64,000 bases of DNA from Laetmonice hystrix (lineage: Eukaryota): NCBI GenBank assembly GCA_965235115.1, contig OZ249441.1, positions 7,130,001-7,194,000 of the forward strand. Direction: 5' to 3'. The first letter of the stretch is position 1. Each line of letters opens with the position of its first letter. Shown here piece after piece: positions 12,901 to 26,628 of the stretch. The translations under genes and the position numbers were made by a program. The notes under the pieces are model-generated. The model was not told where the DNA came from. It saw only the letters and a program-made list of their open reading frames with translations, and made no database searches.

Positions 12901-15900
12901 GAACTATACTGGTACCTGGACCTACCTTTGTTTACTGACCAGAACTACCTGGACCTACCTTTGTTTACTGACCAGAACTACCGGTACCTGGACCTACCTT
13001 TGTTTACTGACTAGAACTACCGGTACCTGGACATACCTTTGTTTACTGACCAGAACTACCGGTACCTGGACATACCTTTGTTTATTGACCAGAAGTACAG
13101 GTACCTGGACCTGCTTTTGGTTATTGCTCCTGAAGAACTTCCAATAGCAAGATCTGCTTTTGTTTATTGCTCAGAACTCCCAGTACCTAGACCTACTTTT
13201 GTTGATTGCTCAGAACTCCCAGTACCTAGACCTACTTTTGTTTATTGCTCAGAACTCCCAGTACCTAGACCTACTTTTGTTTATTGCTCAGAACTCCCAG
13301 TACCTAGACCTACTTTTGTTTTTTGCTCAGAACTCCCAGTACCTAGACCTACTTTTGTTTATTACTCAGAACTCCCAGTACCTAGACCTACTTTTGTTTA
13401 TTGCTCAGAACTCCCAGTACCTAGACCTACTTTTGTTTATTACTCAGAACTACCGGTACCTGGACCTGCTGAACGTGCTGTGTGTGTGTGACGGTGTGGC
13501 CATCCCGGACAACCAGACCTACATCACCGAGCACTGGCTGCGCAGAGACCGGGTGAGTGACCGCCCCTCACCCCCATCCTCACCCCACCCCCCAACACCT
13601 CACTATTCGAGGGCCGACAACCCGACTACTATCACCCCACCCCTCCCCTCGTCATACACATCTACCGTTGGTACCATAGACGGTGGAGCAGTCCATGGTT
13701 TGGGCGTATATGTTATTGGGATGGAATAAGCTCTGCATGTCTGAAGGGATACAGGTAGAGTTTAAGGGAGCCAAGACTCTGGGACTATACGGATTAAAGT
13801 TTAAGGACAGAAAGGTCAACTTAAAGACTCGTAGGTTGAGTATTAAGTTTTGTAAGCATGACACAAATCATGTCAAAGGTAGAAGTTTATACTACAAATA
13901 TATCATGCGACATATGATTGATCAGGACACTGTGAGCCTCACCGTCTATCTTGGTCATATTATATTCTATTCACATTATATAAGTAAGTTTTGGTTTTAT
14001 AGTAAACATTGAATCGTTTCGTACCACATGCCCACCTTGTCGAATGCTTTGCAACTTTAATTCTCTTATTCTTTAAATACAATCATTTTGCATAGCAGTG
14101 ATCATTATATGTATAAATGTTTTTAACGTTGGTATTTTATTGGTTATTCAAACCGGAGAGGTGGTAACAGTTCGTAGCTAACTCCTCAGAGTGGCCGACC
14201 GTTAAGTTTAATATATTCCCATATTGCTCCGATTTTGTCCATGTAATATATTCCCATATTGCCCCGGTTTTGTCCATGTAATATATTCTCATATTGCTCC
14301 GGTATTGCCCATATAATGTATTCTCATATTGCTCCGGTATCGTCCATGTAATATATTTTCATATTGCTACGGTTTTGTGAGTGTAATATACTATGATATT
14401 GCTCCGGTTTTTGTCCGTGTAATATATTCTGATATTGCTCCGGTTTTGTCCGTGTAATATACTCTAATATTGCTCCGGTTTGCCACCCCGTTAATTATCA
14501 CCTTCATGTGTGTCTACCGTGTTGGTCTTGTCTCCGTGATGTACCGCGCTGGGAGGACGCAGTATACATAAACCCTCCACAATTTTTGTCGTCTCATTTC
14601 CACACTAGAAATTGGTTATTTTTTCACAAAGATTTCCGGATCCAGGCTCTACGTTTGTTATTCTGTATCCGTCCAAATGCAGACTGGCTCGACCGCCCAC
14701 ATATTACGGCACATATGAACGTGATCTTCTCCTTGTATCTACTTTAAATTTTTGGTATTGATATAGTTGGAGCTGCCAGTGAGACAACTTGATTCCAACA
14801 AAAAGACCTGTCAGTACCATTTGCAGCGTATTTGATTAATGTTTTTCGTACTGGTTTGCTTCCGAAAAGCTTGGACGAGCAGAAGCTGTCAAACCGTATA
14901 AAAAACAGCCGGTCCGGACTGAGGTAACCCTAGTCTCTGAACTAGTTTCTTACACGAACTACTAACCAACCAGCCAGGCAGTGTTCCTTTGAACAGTGTA
15001 GTCCATTCTTTTTTGTGTAACTGGTACAGAATTAATGAGATTTTGTCCTGGGAGGAGGCGGTTACTTCAGCATGAGTCGGTAACGTGCCATGTTACCTAA
15101 TTGGAGGTAGTTTTAGGTCGGAATCCCGCTCTGTGTGACTGTCTACGTGGATGGCTTGGCTCGTAGCCGCCAGTATACAATCCTCGGTTTCCTCATGTAT
15201 TATTTCATTTTTATTTCAGTTGTAACATTGCTTTAATGTATGGACAGCTTTTCAGTTCCATTTTTCTGTTTGGCAAAGAGTGGTCGTATTTACGACGAGT
15301 GGCATGTTTTCAGTTTTATTCTTTACGTGCACAATTTTGTTACGATCGAAACACTAAGTTTTCACCTCTCACTGAAATCACGTCACGTGCATCCGGTGCA
15401 TGTGGTATACACGCATGCCCTGTTTCAAACAAACCACCGTAGCTAATGGAACTGCTTCCTCTTCCGGGTCAAATAGACCGGGCTTTGCCCCCGAGGAAGA
15501 TAACATGACACTGTAAACCGTAATCAATGTTATGTAAGATAACATGTAAATGTATTTCATGAGGTGCCTTCATGGCGACCATAACACCCCACACCTTCAA
15601 TAAGGTCGGCATTTGTCAGGCTGTTTTAGCTCCTGCTGCATGGTCTCTGAATTTCTTGCCAATTCCTTCTCTATCTCTGTCTCTATCTCTATCAGAATGC
15701 TAGAATGTGCGGAACATGTAAGATGTTCAGCTGTGTTGGCCGGATAATGCCCTCATTGACTGCTGTCGCCGGTTCTTTAATGTTCATGTTGAGGAGCCGT
15801 TATTGGACTCCTAGCGGCAGATAGTGAGTTCTCGCGCTGCCCCATCTTTTGGTCATGCTTTCTGTCAATCCTCCACCAGCACGTTAAACCTTGAGTATTA

Positions 15901-18900
15901 CCATTTTGGACTTGCCTGTTATGTTTGCTGTCTGAGCCCGCTCGCACAGGCAGAGGGCGCCACGTGTACTGACTGTGTGCGGTGGTCATGTTTTAGTCGG
16001 GAGCACGGTTCCTCACGGAGCGAGGTCAAAACGTGAATGGGCAACCAAACATCATGTACGTGTCGACGGACAACGGTACAACATGGACGTCACTGCACGA
16101 GTTCGTCGACGTGAGTACAGCAACGGGGTTTCCAAACTCATAAAGTACTGTATCCTCATGTATAATAGGTCCAACCTCTTCAGGTGATTTCGTTCGCTAG
16201 AAATGAAAGTTTTGTATCTTGGTAATCCATGAGTTCTGTGACTTTCCGCATCTGGCTGGATAACGGAAACAGACAAAACAAGTTAAAGGGCTCTTACACA
16301 GGTAATGGAGCCAACTTATCAAGTCAAGAAGGAATTACGGCAAATTTGGGACAAGTAATAGCATTTCAAGGTGGATATCCATGTGACGTAATTGTTGTAA
16401 CATGTGTTTGTACTTGCAGAAGGAAAATAACCTCTCGTACTCCGATGAAGACGTACTTTTCTTCGAGCACCAACTGGACTTATTCGGAAAGTTAGCATAC
16501 GTGAGTGTTTCTATTGGTATATCATAGGTCTCATATTTCAAATGTTCTCACAGGACAATGTCATCGTGCAGGATTCGTCGCCAGTTTTAACATCTCTAAG
16601 AAAGTAGTCGTTTAATCGTTCTGATGACCTTCAGGGGTAACTTTGTCACAACCAATCGTACTGATGACCTTCAGGGGTAACTTGTGTGACAACCAATCGT
16701 TCTGATGACCTTCAGGGTTAACTTTGTGACAACCAATCGTTCTGATGACCTTCAGGGGTAACTTTGTGACAACCAATCGTACTGATGACCTTCAGGGGTA
16801 ACTTTGTGTGACAACCAATCGTACTGATGACCTTCAGGGTTAACTTTGTGACAACCAATCGTTCTGATGACCTTCAGGGGTAACTTTGTGACAACCAATC
16901 GTACTGATGACCTTCAGGGGTAACTTGTGTGACAACCAATCGTTCTGATGACCTTCAGGGTTAACTTTGTGACAACCAATCGTTCTGATGACCTTCAGGG
17001 GTAACTTTGTGACAACCAATCGTACTGATGACCTTCAGGGGTAACTTTGTGTGACAACCAATCGTACTGATGACCTTCAGGGTTAACTTTGTGACAACCA
17101 ATCGTTCTGATGACCTTCAGGGGTAACTTTGTGACAACCAATCGTACTGATGACCTTCAGGGGTAACTTGTGTGACAACTAATCGTACTGATGACCTTCA
17201 GGGGTTACTTTGTGACAACCAATCGTTCTGATGACCTTCAGGGGTAACTTGTGTGACAACCAATCGTTCTGATGACCTTCAAGTGTAACTTGTGTCACAA
17301 CCAATCGTTCTGATGACCTTCAGGGGTAACTTTGTGATAACCAATCGTACTGATGACCTTCAGGGGTAACTTTGTGACAACCAATCGTACTGATGACCTT
17401 CAAGTGTAGCTTGTGTGACAACCAATCGTTCTGACCTTCAAGTGTAGCTTGTGTGACAACCAATCGTTCTGACCTTCAAGTGTAACTTGTGTGACAACCA
17501 ATCGTTCTGATGACCTTCAAGTGTAACTTGTGTGACAACCAATCGTTCTGATGACCTTCAAGTGTAACTTGTGTGACAACCAATCGTTTTGATGACCTTC
17601 AAGTGTAGGTTGTGTGACAACCAATCGTTCTGATGACCTTCAGGGGTAAATTTGTGACAACCAATCGTTCTGACCTTCAGGGGTAACTTGTGTGACAACC
17701 AATCGTTCTGATGACCTTCAGGGGTAACATGTGTGACAACCAATCGTTTTGATGACCTTCAGGGGTAACTTTATGACAACCAATCGTTCTGATGACCTTC
17801 AGGGGTAACTTTGTGACAACCAATCGTTCTGATGACCTTCAGGGGTAACATGTGTGACAACCAATCGTTCAGATGACCTTCAAGTGTAACTTGTGTGACA
17901 ACCTTGTAATGTTTCAGGGAAGGAACGACTTTGCAATATTTGTGATCACGCGAGAGTTGGGTATCCTCACGTGGGATGAAGCGTTCCTCTCCATCCGGTC
18001 GACGCTACTTCCGGACGCTCTCCGTGCCAAGTACTGCGAGCTCATCATCGGTGAGTGCTCGTCACTCCCGATCCTCCGGTACCCAGTCCCCCGGTCCCTG
18101 GTCCCCCAGTTCCCCGGTCCCCGGTTCCTCGGCCCCCCCGGGCCCCCGGCCCAGGCCTGGGGACTAAGCCTTCCAAAAAATTAAAACCAGTTCAATCCGC
18201 ATGAGACAGGTGGAAACATGTGGCCAGACGGAGGTGGGTCATGTGTCATTCCAGCCGTGAATTATGACTGTCTTATTTTAACAGAACAGCCCAGACTGGG
18301 ACTTGCCGTTCTGCCTTGTCCCACCAAACTTGACGTTATTACCCCAGCCGCCCAGGTTGGGAATCATACGGCGTTGTGCCTAGGCCCATATCGTTAAGGT
18401 TCTCTTTCAAACTACAGCGGGATTTTAACGAACAAAATCAAAATGAATATCACACGAGCGGCGCCGTACGGTTGACTCCTGACGCTGTCCTAGATCTCTG
18501 CTCCCCGCCACCCTCCACCACCTTGCAGGACGATCTCCCTGAACAATGTTCGTTCTCCTTCCAACAGGTCTGTTTATTGATGTTGGAACGAATTACTCTG
18601 TGCTCGACCACACCAACCTGTCGTTCATCTACGAGGATGTTCTCTCTCCCGGCCCGAACGCTGACGGCGAGTTTGTAAGTACCTCAGTCTGACCTTGGCT
18701 TGTTCCTCGTGTGCGACTCCCGTCCGCACCTGTCGTGTAGTCTGCTTCAGAATCTGCGAAAAATGAAACATGTTATTTGAAACACGATTATTGGGAAATT
18801 CCAGGGAATTAATATTCTGCGTTGTATGGTCAAGCGACATATTCTAGAAAGGATATGTATAATGTTATAATGTATAGAAAAGATGTTTGACCCAAGAAAT

Positions 18901-21900
18901 TGAAACTCAAGACCAATAGAGAAATATCTAATGCTTTTGATATAAATCTTTTCTTGTTCATACTAGAGTAGTTCTAGGTTCTCTTACGTAGCTACTTTAC
19001 AATGATTTCATCCAAGCGGTGTGTGTCCATGTGTTGTATTATCTGTAGACTTGTATTAGGACCCCTACTTGGGTTCTACTTTATGTATAGGTAACGCTGA
19101 ATCGTTTTGTTCAATTTGTCGTATATCTGGGAGGTCTGGACCGATTGTTTTCGTGTATGGTAATATGTACAAGCCGTTATATGCAAATATTATCTTTGAT
19201 CGTACACGACGTGACCATTTGGACATGTGACCAGCCATTTAATTACAGGACGTTGATCAATTCATGGGAGAGTTACCGTCAGTCCTCCAATCAGAACTTA
19301 GTCCGTCTATAAGGTTAAATAGTTAATTATTCAGAAACGTTTCAGAGGCTCAGTGATTGGAATTTGTAGGCCTATAGATTTTGTATTTGATGTAGTGGGG
19401 CCGTCCTTCATAGCATCTCAGGCAGGGCTGTTTTTTTTTTGTATTTGATATAGTGGGGCCGTCCTTGATAGCATCCCAGGCAGGGCTGGTTTTTGGACAG
19501 AGTTCTGATTTTTAACTAAACGCTACCTGCTACAATCGACAGATAAAGAGGCTGCCACGTATGGATAATTGGATAACCAAAGACGGGGTAAGACGGTAGT
19601 GTTGAGGAGGACACTAAGGAATGCGGCCCCTTGCTGTTACACTAATAAAAAAAACACGTCCTTGTGTGACGTCATCAGGATGAAAGAGATGCTGGCAGTG
19701 GTCCAATTGACTACTCACAACTAGTTCTTAAGATTCACTAACCGCTCGCATTACTTCACGAACAGTGGCTGTCACTACGACAACCATAGCCGTGTAGTCT
19801 TTGTATTGTAGGATGCTTCGTAGGCAGGAGGGTATTTACCACTAACCGCTCACTGGACTAGCTTTAAGGGACCACAGGCCGCCCGCCAACCCCCGCTGGC
19901 CGACGCCGCGTCCCATGGTTACCAAACGACATCAATAGTTCCGGTTTTAAACCCGAACCGGAAGTGCATGTTTGTGACGACACAATGACTGGTGACGACA
20001 CAATGTGCGTTGGGGTAGTGGACGACCGTTATCGAAGCAGTGACTCTGATTGGCTGATTCTTCCTGGTGCCGCATATAGTGTGATGTTTCTGCTAAAAAA
20101 ATGCTACTGTTATGTATGTCATGCGGCAGGTAAGGCGGGCCATCCCACCTGTGGAAAACTGGTTAGCTCCAGAAGGGGTAAGACGGCGGCTGGATATGTC
20201 CAAACACTAATACTGTTTCCACTCTCCCTAACCTTACTAATCTTACAGAGCTTATTTGTTGTTCTCACCTTCTGTTTCTATATACAACCTCCTTGTGGTC
20301 CCACCCTAGGGCACACCCTGCACCTTGGACGCATGGTTGAATGGATGACTCCAAGTTACTACTGTAACACAGCTTGTCCACCCACTTACCTAACAGAAAC
20401 TACAACCTCACCCAGTCCAGCAATACAGCATAACCACACTCCCGTATTGTAACGTAACATGCGTTCCCGTATTGTAACGTAACATGTGTTCCTACATTGT
20501 AACGTAACATGTATTCTCGTATTGTAACGCAACATGTGCTCCCGTATAATAACGTATATTATAACAACCCCCAATATAACGTGATCTCTGTCCAATATTA
20601 CACAGCCTCCCCTCCCTTTATATAAGGTTTAACCTGATCCTGACGCCATTGCCGTTACAAGGAGAGATCCTCCTTCACGTCTGTACAAAACTTCCCGTCT
20701 ATGTTCATTTCCTACACCAGTACGCAGGCCTATACCCCTCAGTCTACACCAACCAAAAACCTACACCTCAATAACCTACACCAACCAGTAGACCTACATC
20801 TTAACAACTTACACCAACCAGTGGACCTACATCTTAACAACTTACACCAACCAAAAAACCTACACCTCAATAACCTACACCAACCAGTAGACCTACATCT
20901 TAACAACTTACACCAACCAGTGGACCTACATCTTAACAACTTACACCAACCAAAAAACCTACACCTCAATAACCTACACCAACCAGTAGATCTTAACAAC
21001 TTACACTAACCAAAAAACCTACACCAACCAGTAGACCTACATCTTAACAACTTACACCAACCAGTAGACCTACACCTCAATAACCTACACCAACCAGTAG
21101 ACCTACATCTTAACAACTTACACCAACCAGTGGACCTACATCTTAACAACTTACACCAACCAAAAAACCTACACCTCAATAACCTACACCAACCAGTAGA
21201 CCTACATCTTAACAACTTACACCAACCAGTGGACCTACATCTTAACAACTTACACCAACCAAAAAACCTACACCTCAATAACCTACACCAACCAGTAGAC
21301 CTACATCTTAACAACTTACACCAACCAAAAAACCTACACCAACCAGTAGACCCACATCTTAACAACTTACACCAACCAAGAAACCTACACCTCAAATCAA
21401 TAACCTACACCAACCAGTAGACCTACATCTTAACAACTTACACCAACCAAGAAACCTACACCTCAAATCAATAACCTACACCAACCAGTAGACCTACATC
21501 TTAACAACTTACACCAACCAAAAAACCTACACCTCAATAACCTACACCAACCAGTAGACCTACATCTTAACAACTTACACCAGCCAGTAGACCTACATCT
21601 TAACAACTTACACCAACCAGTGGACCTACTTCTCGTTCTCGACTCTGTACCTATACCACGTCGTACTGGACTTCTCAATCCTTGCCACCATGACCGAAGC
21701 ATGAACACCAATCTCTATATGCACGGATGGTTCTCTAAGGGAATGTTAGACTATGACCTGTTTTATCTAAACTTATCTATTCCACCCTCGTGTGTGTACC
21801 AAATAATACTCACTGTTAGAGTATAGCGAATGCACTCCATCTTTAAGGGATCTTTTCTTCCAGAGCGATTGGACCCAAAAGAGTTGTGTGATCCTAAATA

Positions 21901-24900
21901 TAAATTTGTGTCTCATACTGACGTCATCAATTGTTTGTTAGATCTGTAGAATATAAACAGTAGTATAATATATTAGTAGTAGTAATGTGCCCACGGCTTG
22001 ACGACTGCAATTCTAGCATTATGCACGTGAATGAACTTTAATAAATCAGTTGTATGTATACACGAATATAGGCTTACTTGTCACAGATATATTCCGCTAG
22101 GATTTAGTAATCTGCAATAAAAGTCGAGTTATTGATAGAGTACGTAAGACTTTCGAAATGTGACCTGTGCGTATGGGCAAACTACGAGATCCAGAAAAAT
22201 AACATCTACTTAAACAGGAATTTGAGTACTTTACCCAATATTTGAGCGGACTAACCTCTAATACCCTATGTAAAGAGTTGATACTGTGTGGATCTTTATG
22301 ATTAATACACTGTACTTGGTTTGTCAAAGTTTGTTTTATAGTCAATGATTGTTTGCTGTGAAGTAGTTTTTGGTATGAGATATACTATAATTAGAAGCAG
22401 AGGTGTAAAAATGGTACCGTTAGTACGGGTCGTCGTGTGGTACGGCCTACTCGTTACCATCTTACTGTTGTTTCCATGGTTTCTAACAGATGATTAAGGT
22501 TGTTTCCATGGTTTCTGACAGAGGATTAAGATTGTTTCCATGGTTTCTGACAGATGATTAAGATTGTTTCCATGGTTTCTGACAGAGGATTAAGATTGTT
22601 TCCATGGTTTCTGACAGATGATTCAGACCGTTTCCATGGTTTCTGACAGATCATTACGGTTGTTTCCATGGTTTCTGACAGATCATTAAAGATCTGGTGA
22701 CGCTGTTCCCTGTAATCCGGGATTGGATCGCCGAGTTCCTGGAGGAAAACCGCGACATGACGGCCTCTATGATCGGTCGGAACATGCTCATAGACCAGGT
22801 ACACCCTCTCTCTCTCTCTGTCTCTGTCTCTGTCTCTTTCTCACAGCAATATTTTCAGAATACATCCGAAGAATTATGTGTGTCAGAAAGACATCAGGAA
22901 TGCCTTATATAGGCCTATGCCTTAATGAGTTGTGAGAGATGAGAGAGACATAAGTTGTCTTTATAACAGCATATCATGCTGCCCAGGATTTTAGTCTTTG
23001 TCAGGAACTAAAAAATGACACGAGCCTAGATAATATTCCGTACACGAGGATTAGATCACCTATAAACGCTGCCGTCTTCGTATAATATATAATAAATCCC
23101 GTTTTCCACCAGGTACTGCGCCTGTTTCACTTCCTGGTGAAGTTCGGTTACTATGGCAGCGACGATATCAAGGCTCTCCTCAGGCCTCTCCTCAACCTGG
23201 TGAACGGGAAACTGGACAAACCCTTCCCGCCTGACACCGAGAAGGGAGGTAGGTCATGACCTGGGTATCCGCTGGGGGTCGCTGTGAACGGGAAGCTAGA
23301 CAAACCCTTCCCGCCTGACACAGAGAAGGGAGGTAGGTCATGGGTATCCGCTGGGGGTCGCTGTCAACGGGAAGCTGGACAAACCCTTCCCGCCTGACAC
23401 CGAGAAGGGAGGTAGGTCATGGGTATCCGCTGGGGGTCGCTGTCAACGGGAAGCTGGACAAACCCTTCCCGCCTGACACCGAGAAGGGAGGTAGGTCATG
23501 GGTATCCGCTGGGGGTCGCTGTCAACGGGAAGCTGGACAAACCCTTCCCGCCTGACACCGAGAAGGGAGGTAGGTCATGGGTATCCGCTGGGGGTCGCTG
23601 TCAACGGGAAGCTGGACAAACCCTTCCCGCCTGACACCGAGAAGGGAGGTAGGTCATGGGTATCCGCTGGGGGTCGCTGTCAACGGGAAGCTGGACAAAC
23701 CCTTCCCGCCTGACACCGAGAAGGGAGGTAGGTCATGACCTGGTTATTCGCTGGGGGTCGCTGTCAACGGGAAGCTGGACAAACCCTTCCCGCCTGACAC
23801 CGAGAAGGGAGGTAGGTCATGACCTGGGTATCCGCTGGGGGTCGCTGTCAACGGGAAGCTGGACAAACCCTTCCCGCCTGACACCGAGAAGGGAGGTAGG
23901 TCATGGGTATCCGCTGGGGGTCGCTGTCAACGGGAAGCTAGACAAACCCTTCCCGCCTGACACCGAGAAGGGAGGTAGGTCATGGGTATCCGCTGGGGGT
24001 CGCTGTCAACGGGAAGCTAGACAAACCCTTCCCGCCTGACACCGAGAAGGGAGGTAGGTCATGGGTATCCGCTGGGGGTCGCTGTCAACGGGAAGCTAGA
24101 CAAACCCTTCCCGCCTGACACCGAGAAGGGAGGTAGGTCATGGGTATCCGCTGGGGGTCGCTGTCAGCAGGGGTGTACAATAATGTACGGGGGTCTCCGC
24201 CAGGGATGTACGGGGGCCAGCACCAGGGGTGTACGGGGGTCTCCGCCAGGGGTGTACGGGGGTCTTCGCCAGGGGTGTACGGGGGCCAGCACCAGGGGTG
24301 TACGGGGGTCTCCGCCAGGGATGTACACGGGTCTCCGCCAGGGGGTGTACGCGGATCTCCGCCAGCGATGTACGGGGGCCAGCACCAGGGGTGTACAGGT
24401 GTCTCCGCCAGGGGTGTACGGGGGTCTCCGCCAGGGGGAGCTAGCAGTGGGAGGGCAGGCAGTGAAATAAGGACCTGTAAATTTCTCCTAGTTATAGGGC
24501 CTACACCTCAACATGAGGGCAGAAGACGGACTCTTTCCCGAAGTACTGCCCATTCCGGGGGTGTTTTACGAATGTTTGTGTGCGCCTCCTTACGACATTA
24601 TCATCATAATACATTATTGTTTGGGTTCTGTGATGGGATTATAATATAAGATATTCCAGACGGATCTGATAATTACATACATAATTGGCCGAGACATAAA
24701 GTATCGTTTTGTACGTGTACTTACCACTTTCATTTGGTATTTGAAGGCAACCCTGGGTTCACCAAAGATTCCATGAAGCTTGTGACTGCATTCCGCAATA
24801 AAGATCGTTATGAGGTTGGACCCGAAACGGAAGCTATCGTCAACGCCAAGTACCAGTAAGTGTTGGTCATTTTGTCTTGTGCACAGTCCTATTGTGGAGT

Positions 24901-26593
24901 TACCGTTTACCGTAACCTGATACGGTAAACAGACTGATACGGTAAATAGACTGATACGGTAAACATACTGATACGGTAAACAGACTGATACGGTAAACAG
25001 ACTGATACGGTAAACAGACTGATACGGTAAACAGACTGATACGGTAAACAGACTGATACGGTAAACAGACTGATACGGTAAACAGACTGATACGGTAAAC
25101 AGACTGATACGGTAAACAGACTGATACGGTAAACAGACTGATACGGTAATAGACTGATACGGTAATAGACTGATACGGTAAACAGACTGATACGGTAAAC
25201 AGACTGATACGGTAATAGACTGATACGGTAAACAGACTGATACGGTAAACAGACTGATACGGTAATAGACTGATACGGTAATAGACTGATACGGTAATAG
25301 ACTGATACGGTAAACAGACTGATACGGTAATAGACTGATACGGTAATAGACTGATACGGTAATAGACTGATACGGTAATAGACTGATACGGTAAACAGAC
25401 TGATACGGTAAACAGACTGATACGGTAAACAGACTGATACGGTAAACAGACTGATACGGTAAACAGACTGATACGGTACCGTAATACAAACACGATATCG
25501 CTGTGACATGTTACTGGATCGAAGTAACCCGCATGTAGCCGGGAATCCAGTAGATCATGGAAGAGAAGCCAGGATTGATCGAGTTGGAGATACACAGCTG
25601 GTTTCTACCCGTACTTAGGATGATGACTTTGGCATGTATTTCACAATCCGGGTGGGCGAAAATCAGTGTTGGGTTGCATCTGCCATCAGGTCGTATATTG
25701 GGCAGAGGGGTCAATGATATCTTCACATGTTTTAGATATTATCTTCCCATCCATCCCCCTTGCTTTCACCTGCCCCCTGGTCCCTACACCCTACCCTACC
25801 CCGGCCGTCTGTGCCATACGGACGGCCGGGAGATACTGTATTGAACCCCAGTTACCCTGAAAATGGCTCTGAACTCGATGCGCTTAGCACGGGTGGTTAA
25901 CCACGGTTAGATGCTGTGTGTGACGCTAGAATTAATGGTGGAAGGAAGTCTAGAGGTGCTAACTCACGTATGGCGCTAACATGTGCAAGTCATGTTAGTC
26001 GTTAACCATGCAAATCTCATTTTACCTTCCCACAGGGCAATGTCCGTACTCGATCTACTGCTCACCTTCCAGTTCAACACACGGTTAGAGGTAAGAGCCC
26101 AACTTTTCCTCAGTTTTTTTCCCCTTTTTTATTTTTTTAGGTTTTGCTTGAAAAGTTTCAACACGTGGGTCTCATTTGATACGTATAGTGGCAGCTGCTG
26201 ATGTTTGAGTTAAGACTCCACCAGGTGGCGGTTGTAATGATTGCCCGGATATTGGTGTAGGCCTACTCTGCGGATAGCAGGTATAACCAGTCTCCCATGG
26301 GTGGATCTGCATATATATAAACTATATATTAGACCGTATACTATGTTGGTATTCCTGACCGGGGGGGGGGGGGGGGGTACTACAATACTAGAGCCGCTCA
26401 TATATTTTTAAGGCAGAAGTAGGGCCTAAGTGGGGAATCTTTTCGTATTAATAAGAAAAAAAAGATAAAAAAAAGAACGAAAGAACCAAAACAAACAAAC
26501 AAAAAGCTGAGAAGAAAAGGAGACCGGTTCTGTATGAAAATGAATAATTTGAACGGAGTGTGGTTCTGTCTTGATATTCTGTTGGCGGTATCC

Positions 26594-26628
<35 letters not shown>

